Shown here piece by piece: positions 26,601 through 37,779 of a DNA stretch of 64,000 nucleotides (the first letter of the stretch is position 1; the number at the start of each line of letters is the position of its first letter). Source of the DNA: Geosiphon pyriformis uo1 (Eukaryota; Fungi; Glomeromycota); the NCBI GenBank assembly GCA_016748015.1, contig JAAOMT010000771.1:66443-130442 (forward strand). Direction: 5' to 3'. The notes below the pieces were generated by a model that ran no database searches, had not been told where the DNA came from, and saw only the letters and a list, made by a program, of their open reading frames with translations. The translations under genes and the position numbers were made by a program.

Positions 26601-28357
26601 GCTCCTTTGGATTTTTTTCAATTTTCTGTCAAGTTGCATGTTAGTCCAATGAACAATTTTTTGGCAGGTATTGTGAAAATTCTTTTGAACAATAATCTCT
26701 CTTTGATAAACAACATTTCTAGTGCTTTTTGTTATCCTGGTTGTTTTTCGATGTCTTCAATTCTTGGGAAGTCTCTTTACTTTAGTTCTGTTTGGTCTCT
26801 TAAACACTTTGGTGTTGCTTTTGGTGATCAGTTTTTCGATAAAAAGGGAGAGTTGTTGGATTGGAAGACTTTTCATTGCTGAAAACATTTGAATTCGCAG
26901 GGCCCTGTGCCCCATTGGTTTGCAGTCGCTTCTAAATTCTTTTTGGATCAGAGTTTTACCTCCCTGGGCTTTATTGGTGCTGTCTATTCTGGTGGTTTGA
27001 GTATTATAGACTCTGTTGTGTTTTTTTCTGTATGGGATGGTTTACATGAGATTTGGTTTGGCTGTTTTGAGGTGTATATGGATGGGTTCTTAAGGGGTGC
27101 TGGATCTGCTGATGTGTCAAGTGGTGCTGCTGTGTACTTCGCAGCTTTGGATTTGAGTGTTGGTGTCAGAGTTTTTGGCCTTTTATCTTCTACTATGGCT
27201 GAGTTGCAGGCTGTTGCTCTGGCTTTAGAGTGTGTTCCATTATCTTGTTCTGTGGTTTTGCATCTCGACAGCCAAGCTGTCATTGATGCTTGTGTCTCTG
27301 AGTTATTGTTTCTTATTTGGACTTTTGTAATTGCTGCTGGATTGAAAGAAGGCATATTTTTAACTTGATTAGGGATAAGGATCTCAGTGTAAGTTGGGTC
27401 AAGGTCAAAGGTCATGCCAGTGTTCTCGGCAACGTAAGGGCTGATAGGTCTGCAGGTAAAGCTACTGGCTCTTCCTACGTTTTGCCAATAGGAATATGGA
27501 AGTATTGTTTGATGGCTAAGAACACTGTAATTTCGGGCAATGCCCATTACTTTGTTAAGGATGTGTTTAGATCTGTTTGTCATGCTCGCTGGAAGGCTAG
27601 TCCAGGCCAAGATGTGGTCTTAGTTGATATGCTAAAAGATTTTGATTGGGCTGTTTTGGCAAAAGTCTGGCATTCTAACTTACACATGCTTGCTGGGTTT
27701 ACTAGCTGGAAATGAGCTGATCTTCAAATGTATTTAATAAAAACTGTACACAAAAGGTTGCCGGTGGCTGTCAAAAAAAGGTTATATAATAAATGTTACC
27801 CAGGTGTTCAGTGTTTGTTGTGTGGAGAGGTGGAACTGCTGGACCATGTTTTTACTTGTTCACAGGATGTTCACACCCAGATGGAAATTTTGCTGGAGGG
27901 TTCTGCGTACTGGACATCTCTAATTCGCGATTGTAATCTATTTTCCTCTTCTGTTCTTAAAGTTCTTGATTCTTGTCACTTGGATGTTGGCAGGTATTTG
28001 GTTTTGTGTAAGGGTTTTGTGATAAAAAGTTGGGTTGTTGAGGCAGCGAGTGTTTTTGAGAATGCTAGAAAAGCCTCAGGAGTGGTAGTTGAGTTTGTGA
28101 GGTTCTTGGTTGAGCTGCATCAATCCAGAATCTGGTTGATTAGATCTAAATTCAGAGCAGACATGGAGAAGGCTGGCTTGGTTGGTGATAATTGTTTGGT
28201 TTCGGGTTTGTCACATAGGGTGTGTTCTGTGCTTTCAGATAGTGTGGTGAGGATGCTTGGCATTGCTGAGTCTTTTGCTGTCAGTTTTGGCCATTACAGG
28301 CCTTGCCTTTTTTTTTTGTGTTTAGATAGTTGTCCCTGTGTTTATATAGGTGTGTAG
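23668..28357 (+). pseudogene. LINE ORF2 (AP endonuclease, RT, RNase H, C-terminal CCHC), disrupted
   Basis: APE: TCNVRGIN, ETK, GGDFN, IDFIFVS. RT: LQDMYKTYNSV, GLDQGE, FVND. RNase H: VYMDG..AELQAV..LDSQ..WVKVKGHA..GNVRAD. C-terminal CLLCGEVELLDHVFTC. Confidence 0.93.
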
Positions 28358-28664
28358 TGTTGCCTAGTCTGGCCTGAGTGGCTAGTTGCATGTAGTCATT
28401 GCATGAGTCGCATTTAGTTTGAGCCACTTAGTTTGGCTCTATGTACTAAATAGTGGTTGGACTTCACTCATTAAATGCTAATAAAAAAAAAAAAAAAAAT
28501 TGTTCTTTTTTTAGTTTTTTTATTATTGTTATTAATTTTATAATTAGCTTAAAGTTAATTTTGTTGAAGTTATATTGGCTAAGTTGGCTTTGTTAATTAA
28601 AATAAAATAAAAAAATTATTATTTTAAAGTAAAATATAATATAAATAATTATTAATTATAATAT

Positions 28665-29365
28665 TGTTATGGATTGGAGTAATAAGCTAATGAATAGCAA
28701 GAGAAAACAGGATTGTAGGGTAATAGAAATAATCAAAGAGAATTCTACTTCAAAGAGCAAATTAAATGAGTATGGATTCAATGTGTAAGATCAGTCTCAT
28801 AAAATATCTCAGTCGCTATACTTTTCAAAAGTAACTGAAGAATCGGAAGGTAGAGGGATAGTCTATACTGTTAACAAATAATCACACTTGGTATAATTCT
28901 ATGCCTCATGTCAGTGCTCTTAGAATTCAATATCAAATATCAAATATACTCTTCAATTATGTTTTATTCAATAATTTTCAAATACTACAATTATACATTT
29001 TAGGAAAAAGAAGGTAAATGCCAACAAATAATCTTTTATTTCAAGATGTTCAGATACTTAAAGGTAAAGAAAAGGGAAATTAGCAATAAGAAAATGTTTA
29101 AGATAAAAGTTGATTTTTATTTATTTGATTTTTTAATTTCTTAACATGCATTTTTACAGTTAAAAAATTCATTGCTTATATAGCTATCAAAAATAGTTAA
29201 TGATCAAGTCAACAACTAGATTAATAATCAGGTTAATAATCAGGTCAATGGTTAGGTTATTGATCAAGTTAATAATCACTTTCTAAAAATAGGGTGGCTA
29301 ATTATATAATATCAGTGGCTAATACATGTGATAATTAATAAGAAGTATAAGTTTCAACTATAATA
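28665..29365 (-). repeat. 3' LTR of Gypsy C
   Basis: TGTTAT (28665)...ATAATA (mutated ATAACA) next to the PPT. 12-bp GTTAATAATCAG array at ~29195-29280. Homologous to the solo LTR at 53.3-53.9 kb. Confidence 0.8.
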
Positions 29366-29379
29366 TCATCCTCTTCAAA

Positions 29380-29950
29380 GAGATTAAGCTCCAGCAAAAT
29401 CAAGTTATTTATGGTGTAATCTATTTAAAGAGTTTTATCTAACTTAAAGCTAACTAGTTTGTTGAAGTTTTTTGTGGATAAGGTATATAATACTTAAGAC
29501 AAAATGAGTTTTGTATCCAAGAGACCAAATTTTTGTATTAGAGTTTTGGCTCTTCTAGTAATTGTTAAAACTCTTGAAACATCTAACTGTATAATGCCCA
29601 AAATTTCTGCCTGTATCTCTGAAGTTGTTTTTTTTATGAATTTTATATTCTCTATAATTTTTTTAAGGTAACCATAGAGTTTTAATTGCCTTTCATATAA
29701 CAAATTTTTGTCTATGAACAAGATTTCTTGGATTGTTTTCCAATTGTGCTAAAAGATAAAAGTATTGCTGCTGTTATACTTTTTAACAGATACTTATCCA
29801 TTTTGCTACCAATTTTTTCTCTTTTGGTAGTAGTTTTCTTTGGTCTAATAACAGTATATGTTCTACTGTTATCAATTATAGTGGTTTGTTTTCCAATGGT
29901 CAAAGTAGTATTTGGATAATTTTTGATCTAATATTCATAAAGAGTATAGA
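29380..29950 (-). pseudogene. Gypsy C accessory ORF3, decayed
   Basis: ORF pieces 29494-29721 and 29712-29903: 'LKLYGYLKKII..EIQAEILGIIQLDVSRVLTITRRAKTLIQKFG'. Positional equivalent of ORF3 in A/B/D, but more divergent. Confidence 0.55.
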
Positions 29951-30123
29951 AGACATTTTAAATGTTTTAATCCAGAAAATAATTGTTCATGTTGATTGAA
30001 AATATTTTTGTTTTGGAAATAGTGTATTTATTTATATTTGATTTTTGTTGATTATTTGAGTCAGTATTACCACAACAGGCAACCAATTAGATTATTTGTG
30101 ATATTTTTTAAGTTGTGTGCTAT

Positions 30124-31152
30124 TGTTATCTGAATAAAAAAACTAATTTAAAGTTATGGGAAAACATGACCAAAAACGTGACATAACACAGAATAGCATG
30201 CAATAATATTGGATAATGTGTTATAACTTAGAATAGTACAGAATAATGTATTATAACATAGGATAATACAGAATAACATGTAATAACACCAGATAACATA
30301 TTATAATGTAGAATAACACAAAGTAACATGTAATAATACCAGATAATGTGTTATAATATAGAATAACTAGCAATAACATAGAAAAGCAAAGCAATAGCTA
30401 GCAATAGTGAGACAATTGAAAGCAAGTCTGTAAAACCAAAAAAATATATAAAAGCAAGTAGTTGTAAAAGTTGGAAAAGACAGACAATTAGTTAATAATC
30501 AATTTTTCTTTGTATTATACTTATCACATATCCATAGTTCGAAATACAATAATTATTAAAAAAAAGGAACAAAAATCTAAATTACCAATTCATGTTCTCC
30601 AAACCTTATGAATTTTAATTGAAATTAAAATCAGTGTTTTTTATCTCTGTTTTGAAACAAATGCCATTAACATAAATGTTTTGAACCCTTAATGACTTGG
30701 ATCAATTGCTTTTAATCATGGCAATTGACAGGAACTAATTCTTTTCTTTTCTTTTTCTTTTCTTTCTTCTTTTGTTTGGAGCAGCAACATAGAAAAATCA
30801 ACTGTCTTGGAATAGACTTTGTGATAGCTTGGTAAAAGAGAAAAGCTTTCTCTAAGTTTTTAAATATTAATATTATCTTGTTAGCTTACCAAAAGAGCAA
30901 AAAACCAATGCCAGACCCTAACAACTGCGTTCATTAGCTTAGAAAAAAAAGTTCATATTTATGGAAAAATGTTGCAATTGACAAAAAACAAACTCTGTGC
31001 CTTATAACCAAAGAATTCAATGAGTAAATTCACATCCAGAAATAGATCTTCAGAGACTGATAACATTGACACTGTGAGAAACATACAATCTTGGAACACT
31101 AAATTAGAGTACCAAATATTACTACTATATCTTACCAAGTTTACCCATAACA
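30124..31152 (+). repeat. 5' LTR of Gypsy D
   Basis: TGTTATCTGA...CATAACA, collinear with 38459-39509. U3 tandem array at ~30180-30380, TATA at ~30444. Confidence 0.95.
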
Positions 31153-33200
31153 TTTGGTGCTCCCTATAAGGTTATAAAATTCACAGAGACAGAACACTCC
31201 AGATATTCACAAAAGTGGCAACTATTTGAACAGTAGAAAAGAACCACTCCCTGTACAGAAGAACATTATTTCAATATTTATAAAAAGACCTAAGAATACC
31301 AGCTAAAACCATTATTGCAAAAAGTGATTTTTGTGACTACATTAACGTGAAAATTGACTGCTTGTTAGGCCAGTCAACAGATATAGAAAAGCTTGGTGAA
31401 CAGATTCACCACAAATTATTAGAATACTTGACAAATACCATAACATGAGCCATCACTGAAACTCTTTGCATAGTTAATACAAACTTTAAATATTATGTAG
31501 AAAAACGTTTTTCTTAAGTAAACCAACCAGAAGAATTAGACTCTAAAAAAAATAAGTCTGAATTTAATTCAACAACCAAAAGAGAACAAGTTTAATTCAC
31601 AGTCAACAAGAAACCAAGGTTCCTGTTCCCAACAACTCTATTATATCATCAGATACTCCAAAGTAAAATATTATTCAATTCACTCCTAGAAATCCAGTCA
31701 GAAACACCACAAACTCCTGAAAATCCACACTTTTGAGGTCACTACAGTTGGACCAAATCTCTAGAAGAATATGGATCATTGTTTGGAAATTTGACCCCAA
31801 CAATTAATAAAACAGACAAGAATACATCAACTTGGAAACCACTAACAGCACAAATCTCAGTAGGATCAGCAACTTCCCTTATAGAAGGAACTGCTATTTT
31901 ACAATCTATTGGTTCTAATGACAAAAAAAAACACCCAGAACTAGCACCAGGAGAACCCTCTAAAATGTGGACACCAATTCCCTCAAACCTTCTGCCCATC
32001 AACCAGAACATGGCTTACCAAGATATCACAAAATTGGAAAAATTTTCTAGAGAAGAAGACAACACATACTTGTGAATTCCAGAAGCTGAAAAAGTGGTTA
32101 CTGCAAACAATTGGGATGATGACAGAACTATTCAAGCACTGCCATTCTTCCTAATAAGAACTGCAGACTCATGATATTAAAGTCTAACAGAAAAACCAAC
32201 TGACTTTGCCACCTTCAAGCTTGTTTTTCCATAATACTTTTACAACTCTAATACTCTAATCCGATTGCAGAATCAATTCAGCATAATTAAACAAAAAGAT
32301 TATGAAGCAGTAATTACTTATTTCGGACAATTCAATCAAATTCTTTGTCAAATATTGGCTATCAAAAGAGACTACTATACCATAGCACAAGTTCTTAATT
32401 AATTTATTAAAGAATTATGGAGTAGTATTTTAAGATTTGTAAAACCCTATTATCTGACCAATCTACAAGACACCATTGCTTTTACTCGCAATTTTGAGTC
32501 TGCAAAACAAGAAGTGAATTATATTCAAGTCATTAATTTAGCCATCAATAAAATCTCTAATACCAACACAAAGATCATCTAATTAAGTGAGAAATTAACT
32601 CAGAAAATTAAGAGATTCTTAGCCAGAACTGCAAGAACCTACCAACTACCACAATAAAGAGAAAATAACAATAACAGCAGATACCCACAGCATTAGAACT
32701 GTCAGCAACAACAACAACCTTAGGGATCCAATTCTCATAACTGTTACTACTGCCAGAAACCTGAACATATTATCTGGGATTGCTAACAGAAATTAGTGGG
32801 CCAGAACTAAGAAAATCAATATTAACAACCAAAATATTCTTAGGCTATAAGACCACAATACCTATCCCAATATCAACTGCTTCAATACACACAACAAATC
32901 CAGTACATTCAACAACTATTACAGAATTATTATCAACCCTTTTCAATAATCCAAGTGGTTCTGCACTATTCAGCTTCTATATATAACCAACTCCAACCCT
33001 AAGTTATTAACTATAATTAGGGATGAAAAAATCACAGCAACAATCAGATACAAACTAACAGTAAACTATCTTGACCCATTAATTACAGTTATGTTCCATC
33101 TTAACTAATACCAACCAGATACCCAAATCAAGCCTTATATCTTAATCTTACTGAAAACCAGAATTTTGATAATTCCTTACTCTTAGAAAAAAAGAGTGTA
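30592..33200 (+). pseudogene. Gypsy D gag (frame begins inside the 5' LTR; capsid domain; CCHC knuckle)
   Basis: Capsid 'KLEKFSREEDNTYL*IPEAEKVVTANNWDDDRTIQALPFFL..QFSIIKQKDYEAVITYFGQF'. Knuckle 'CYYCQKPEHIIWDC' at ~32740-32785. The start inside the LTR is inferred. Confidence 0.8.
31155..31166 (+). promoter_or_regulatory. Primer binding site of Gypsy D
   Basis: TGGTGCTCCCTA lies 2 nt after the LTR end and is complementary to a tRNA ending ..GGGAGCACCA. Confidence 0.8.
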
Positions 33201-33369
33201 AGAAAAATTTTTAATCCTTTAATAAGAAATCAAATCAACAATATCATTCTACCCATCATTATTATAGAAGACACTACTCTTATTACTATCTTCACCTTTG
33301 ACATTAATAATCTAAATACTACTAGTCTTTTCAGTGAAGCCGCCATTAACCAGAATAAACCCATAATGG

Positions 33370-33660
33370 CACTGTACACTGATGCTAAAGTTGGAAACAT
33401 AGACATTAAATTAATCTTTGATAGTGAATCAACAGGTAGTATAATCACGAAACAACTTATAAATTAATTACATCAACAAATGAACTGTGCAGTGACTGCT
33501 TGAATCATCACTGCTAATGGCAATACCAAAACTTTTATTAGAAAAATTGATAATTTCTCCTTTGAGATCAATAAAATCCAAATTCTTACTAAAATCCTGG
33601 TCATAGAAGCCACACAATATTAAGCTCTTGTCAAAAATGACTGGTTAGTCAAAGCCATGG
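33370..33660 (+). pseudogene. Gypsy D aspartic protease remnant
   Basis: 'LYTDAKVGNIDIKLIFDSESTGSIITKQL' (DSG motif mutated). Confidence 0.8.
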
Positions 33661-34039
33661 ACACCTGAATACAATAGATCTGATTATATTGTCGAGAATT
33701 TTTTTACTGATGACCCAGATGCATTTCAAGATTGTTACCAAGAATTGGCCCTGACCCAAGAAGAACAAGAACAGAAACTAACTGACTTAAACACAAAATT
33801 ATGTGATCATTGTCTAATCTCTTGCCATTTCTAGTACTGCGACAAATGTGATCTTATGTTCAATCCACTACCAAGAACATTATACCCTATTAACAAACTA
33901 CCAAAACCTAAAGAAGAAACTGAGTTAATAGTTAAAAACATGCTGGTTCAAAAGCCAAATAAGACTACTGAAACAAAGCAGTACTTTTCATATTCCAACC
34001 TCTTCAAAAAATTAGAATTGAAATAATATAGCAATAATA

Positions 34040-34450
34040 ATAAGGGAATCTGTCCCAAAAAAGCACATAACATCAATGCTGGTTTCGATTTACAATATCC
34101 TGGACAATCATTTCTAGTCATAGCCCTGCATTTCCTAGTAAGCATAGATCTTAAAATAGCATTAAAAATTTCTGTTAGTACTATGATACAAGTAGCATTT
34201 AGATCTAGCCTCACAAAGAAAAGAATCAATGTAAAAAGAGGAATCATTAATGCCAATATACTAAAAATATTATTGTGATGCTACAGAACAATTTGAATAG
34301 GTCTTACAAAATAGAATCTCACAAAAAGATTGCCCAAGCCTTCTTCTAGTCCTTAGTCAAATTACCACAACTAACTCTGATTATGACCCAAACAGAATTA
34401 AGCCTTACTGCCCAAGGAATCAGTGGGTTCAGATCAAGTAAAAGAGGAAA
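34040..34450 (+). pseudogene. Gypsy D dUTPase domain
   Basis: 'PKKAHNINAGFDLQYP..IDLKIALKI..QVAFRSSLTKKRINVKRGIINA..KKIAQA..TAQGISGFRSS' gives all five dUTPase motifs, degraded. Confidence 0.88.
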
Positions 34451-34939
34451 TGTACCAGTTAATTTTACAAAAAAAAACAGTAATCAGGTAAAACTTATCT
34501 ATACTGACACTGTCATTTCCATCTCTCCTTATTGACAATATATCCTCAAAATAAATCAAAAAATCTAAGACCAAGCTCTGCTATTTGAAGCCAACCCAGA
34601 AATCTGTTCACTAGCTGATGTCACTAACTTATACCTACTAGCAAAGACTCATAAACACTTCAAAATCCTTATTTACAACCTGACTGAAGACATTGTAGAA
34701 ATTCTGAAAAGAACTCTTGTTGGTTCTATATTCCCAGATATTCAGAATCCAAATAAACCCCAGCCTATTCTAGATTTTGCACAATTGTTCTTATTCTGTG
34801 ACATTACTTTACAAGTATAGAATCTGTCAAAGGAAAGCTACTTGTTCATACCAAAAAAAATCAATAAACTCAATTTAAGAAACTTGAGCACTTTACAACA
34901 AATACAATTTAAGGTTCTATTGAACCAATATGCTAATGT

Positions 34940-37560
34940 TTTTGTCAGCAAAAATAAGTTCGGATGTACTAACATCATGAAACATCAGATTGACACAAAA
35001 GATGCTTGACTTATTAAGCAGCAGGCTTACCAAGTATCTCTAACTGGTGACAATTTAATTAAGCAAGAAGTACAATGAATGCTTGATAACGGCTTAATTA
35101 GAGAATTGTTAAGTTCTTGGTCCTCCCCAGTAGTCCTAGTTATTAAGAAAAACGAAAAAGTATGATTCTGCATAGATTACTGAAAATTATATAGTGTTAC
35201 TCAAGGGGATAGTTATCCCACTCCCTTCATTCAAGAAATCCTGAACAACTTAGGCAAAAAAAAATGGTTCTCATTATTGGATCTAGCCAGTGAATATTGG
35301 CAAGTAGAAATAAACCCCAAAGACAAAAAAAAAATGGCATTTACCACCTGAGACAGCAATTTTAAATTTAATGTAATGTCTTTTAGACTTTGTAATACTC
35401 CTGCCACTTTTCAATGCCTTATGGATATAGAATACAAAGAAATCCTTTAAAAATCAGTCATAGTCTATCTAGATAACACAAACATGTTCTTTAAAACATT
35501 CAATGATTACCTGCTCCACCTTCAACAAGTCTTTGAATGTTTTTGAAATACTGGATTAAAACTCAATCCTGATAAATGCTTTTTTGGGAAAACTGAATTA
35601 AAATTCCTAGGGCATGTGATTAGCAAAGACGGAATTAAACCTGATCCAAACAAAATCCAAAAAGTCAAAGACTTCCCAGTCCCAATCAATCTATGAGAAT
35701 TATAAGAATTTTTAAGATTAGTGGAATACTATTAGAGATTTGTCAAAGAATTCTCAACTATTGTAAAACTCCTTCACCACTTATTGTTTAAATATGTACT
35801 ATACCTATAGAAAAAAGACCAACAAAAAGCATTCAACTATCTCAAACAGTGCTTGATCACATCTCCAATATTAATCTATCTAAATTTTACCAAATGTTTT
35901 ATTGTCACTACAAACACCTCAAAAAATGCATTAAGAGCTGTCCTATTACAAATAGATCCTGATAACAGAGAACATTCAATCACATATGCTAGTTGTAACA
36001 CAAGTCCAGTCAAGAAGATATATAGTACAATAGACTTGGAATGTCTCGCCATTTATTGGGTCATACAGACTTGGAAATATTATCTTAGTCAACCATTTGA
36101 CCTATATACCGACCACAAAGAACTTATTTGGTTACTTAATAATCCACAATTAAAAAAAAAATATGTGAGATGGAGTACTTATCTACAACAATTTTTACTC
36201 AAAGTTCATTACAAAAAAAGATCTAAGAATACTAATGCTGACAGTTTGTCAAGAATACCACAAATCTAATTCCAGATCTATAAACACAACTACCTATTAA
36301 CTATTGTATCAGTATTTATCGACACTTCAGTTCAAGAAAATATTACCTCAACAGAAACAAAGTGCCATATAGAAACAAGTGTAAAACTACTTTATTTAAA
36401 ACAATCAACTCTATTGTCGAGAACAATGAAACCATCCCACTCTACAATAATTGATTAAGAACAATGAAAAAGAAACTATATTATATAGCATGCACTCAAA
36501 TACAACTGCAGAACACTTTAACAAAGATACTACTTTGGAAAGAACAATTAATCTATACTATTGGCCAATGATATATAAGAATATCTTCAAGTATATTCTT
36601 AATTGTAATTCATGCCAAAGAAGAGGAAGATCAAATTCAACAGAACTATTTTGACCCATTCCAGTTGGAAATTTATTTGATAGAATTGGGATTGATTTGG
36701 TTGGTTCTCTCTTCATAACATCCAAAAAAAATTGTTACATTGCCATAGCAGTAGAATATCTTACAAAATAGCCAGAAGCCAGAGCAATTCAGGTAGCCAA
36801 TGCTAAAACAGTAGTAGAATTCGTGCATCAAGATCTAATTTGCCAACATAGATGTCTAAAAGAATTGCTATCTGACCAAGGAATACATTTTATTAATAGT
36901 ACACTGACCAAATTAAGCCAACAGTTTGGAATAAAGCAACTCCTCTTGTCACCATATTACCCATAAACAAATAGATTAGTAGAACAATTTAACTGAACAT
37001 TGTATGAAGTATTAGTAAAAATAAGCTACAAAAACACACAAGAATGGGACTTATTTATATTTTCTGTATTATTAGCATACCAAACATTAAAGCAAAATAT
37101 GACTCAGTTTATGCTATTTGAACTAGTTTATAAAAAAAAAGCAATGTTACTTATTGAACAAAAAATACAGTCATACTCAACTGAAATAATCACAGAAGAA
37201 AATTTTGAAGCCACCTTATATTAAAAAACATACTAGCTAATAGAAATATTATAAGACAATCATAGAATAACAGTTGACAATATTAATAATGCATAAGAAT
37301 GACAGAAAAAAAAACATAATAACCCCTCTACCTAAGCAACCAATAGAATTTAGGATTAGAGACCAAGTATTGTTACATTGTACAAAAGCTAAGAAACAAT
37401 GAAGTAGAAAATTCGACCCAAAATGAGATGATTCATTCCATATACACAAAGCTTTAGGAAATAGAGCTTACAAACTATGATTGGAAGACAGGATTTTAAA
37501 AAAAGTAGCTTATGGGAACTGATTAAAAATTTATTATGTAAAACAGCAGTTATTGTCATC
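34940..37560 (+). pseudogene. Gypsy D RT, RNase H and integrase, disrupted
   Basis: WSSPVVLV, LDLASEYWQV, VYLDN, FLGHVISKDG, RNase H 35853-36269, integrase HHCC and core. Confidence 0.93.
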
Positions 37561-37779
37561 AGTACCTTAACTAGAAACACAAATTTCATTAATCAGGCCA
37601 AAAGATATATTATGAGATTTGGAACCAATCATCATCATCAAAACATAAACAATAGATAGCAAATTAAATTAGGGAATTCAAGTATATATAGCATCTGAAA
37701 AAACAACAAGAACAATAGAATTTTTAATATAAACTTTTTAGATTAAATTCTACAATTCTTAAAACAACTATTTGAAGTG

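Larger units (their letters stand above)
21653..28499 (+). mobile_element. Full-length non-LTR retrotransposon (LINE; ORF1 + APE-RT-RNase H-CCHC ORF2), inactivated
   Basis: Two ORFs, AATAAA fused to a poly(A) tail (28480-28499), flanked by the direct repeat AAAAATTGTTCTTTTT (21637-21652 and 28495-28510) as TSD. Confidence 0.95.

Noticed and set aside
26984-27610. 208-aa antisense ORF in the LINE, and similar antisense ORFs at 21875, 23320 and 59711
   Set aside because: These are shadow frames of ORF1/ORF2 with no motifs and no evident conservation between the two LINE copies.
30180-30380. Repeat array resembling CRISPR or a satellite (also at 8930-9060 and 38520-38710)
   Set aside because: There are no unique spacers and no cas genes. 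It lies inside LTR U3 and is duplicated with the LTR.
30959-31153. Antisense ORF present in both D LTRs (also 39316-39570)
   Set aside because: It is shared only because the LTRs are duplicates. The sense frame, continuous with gag, is the better explanation.
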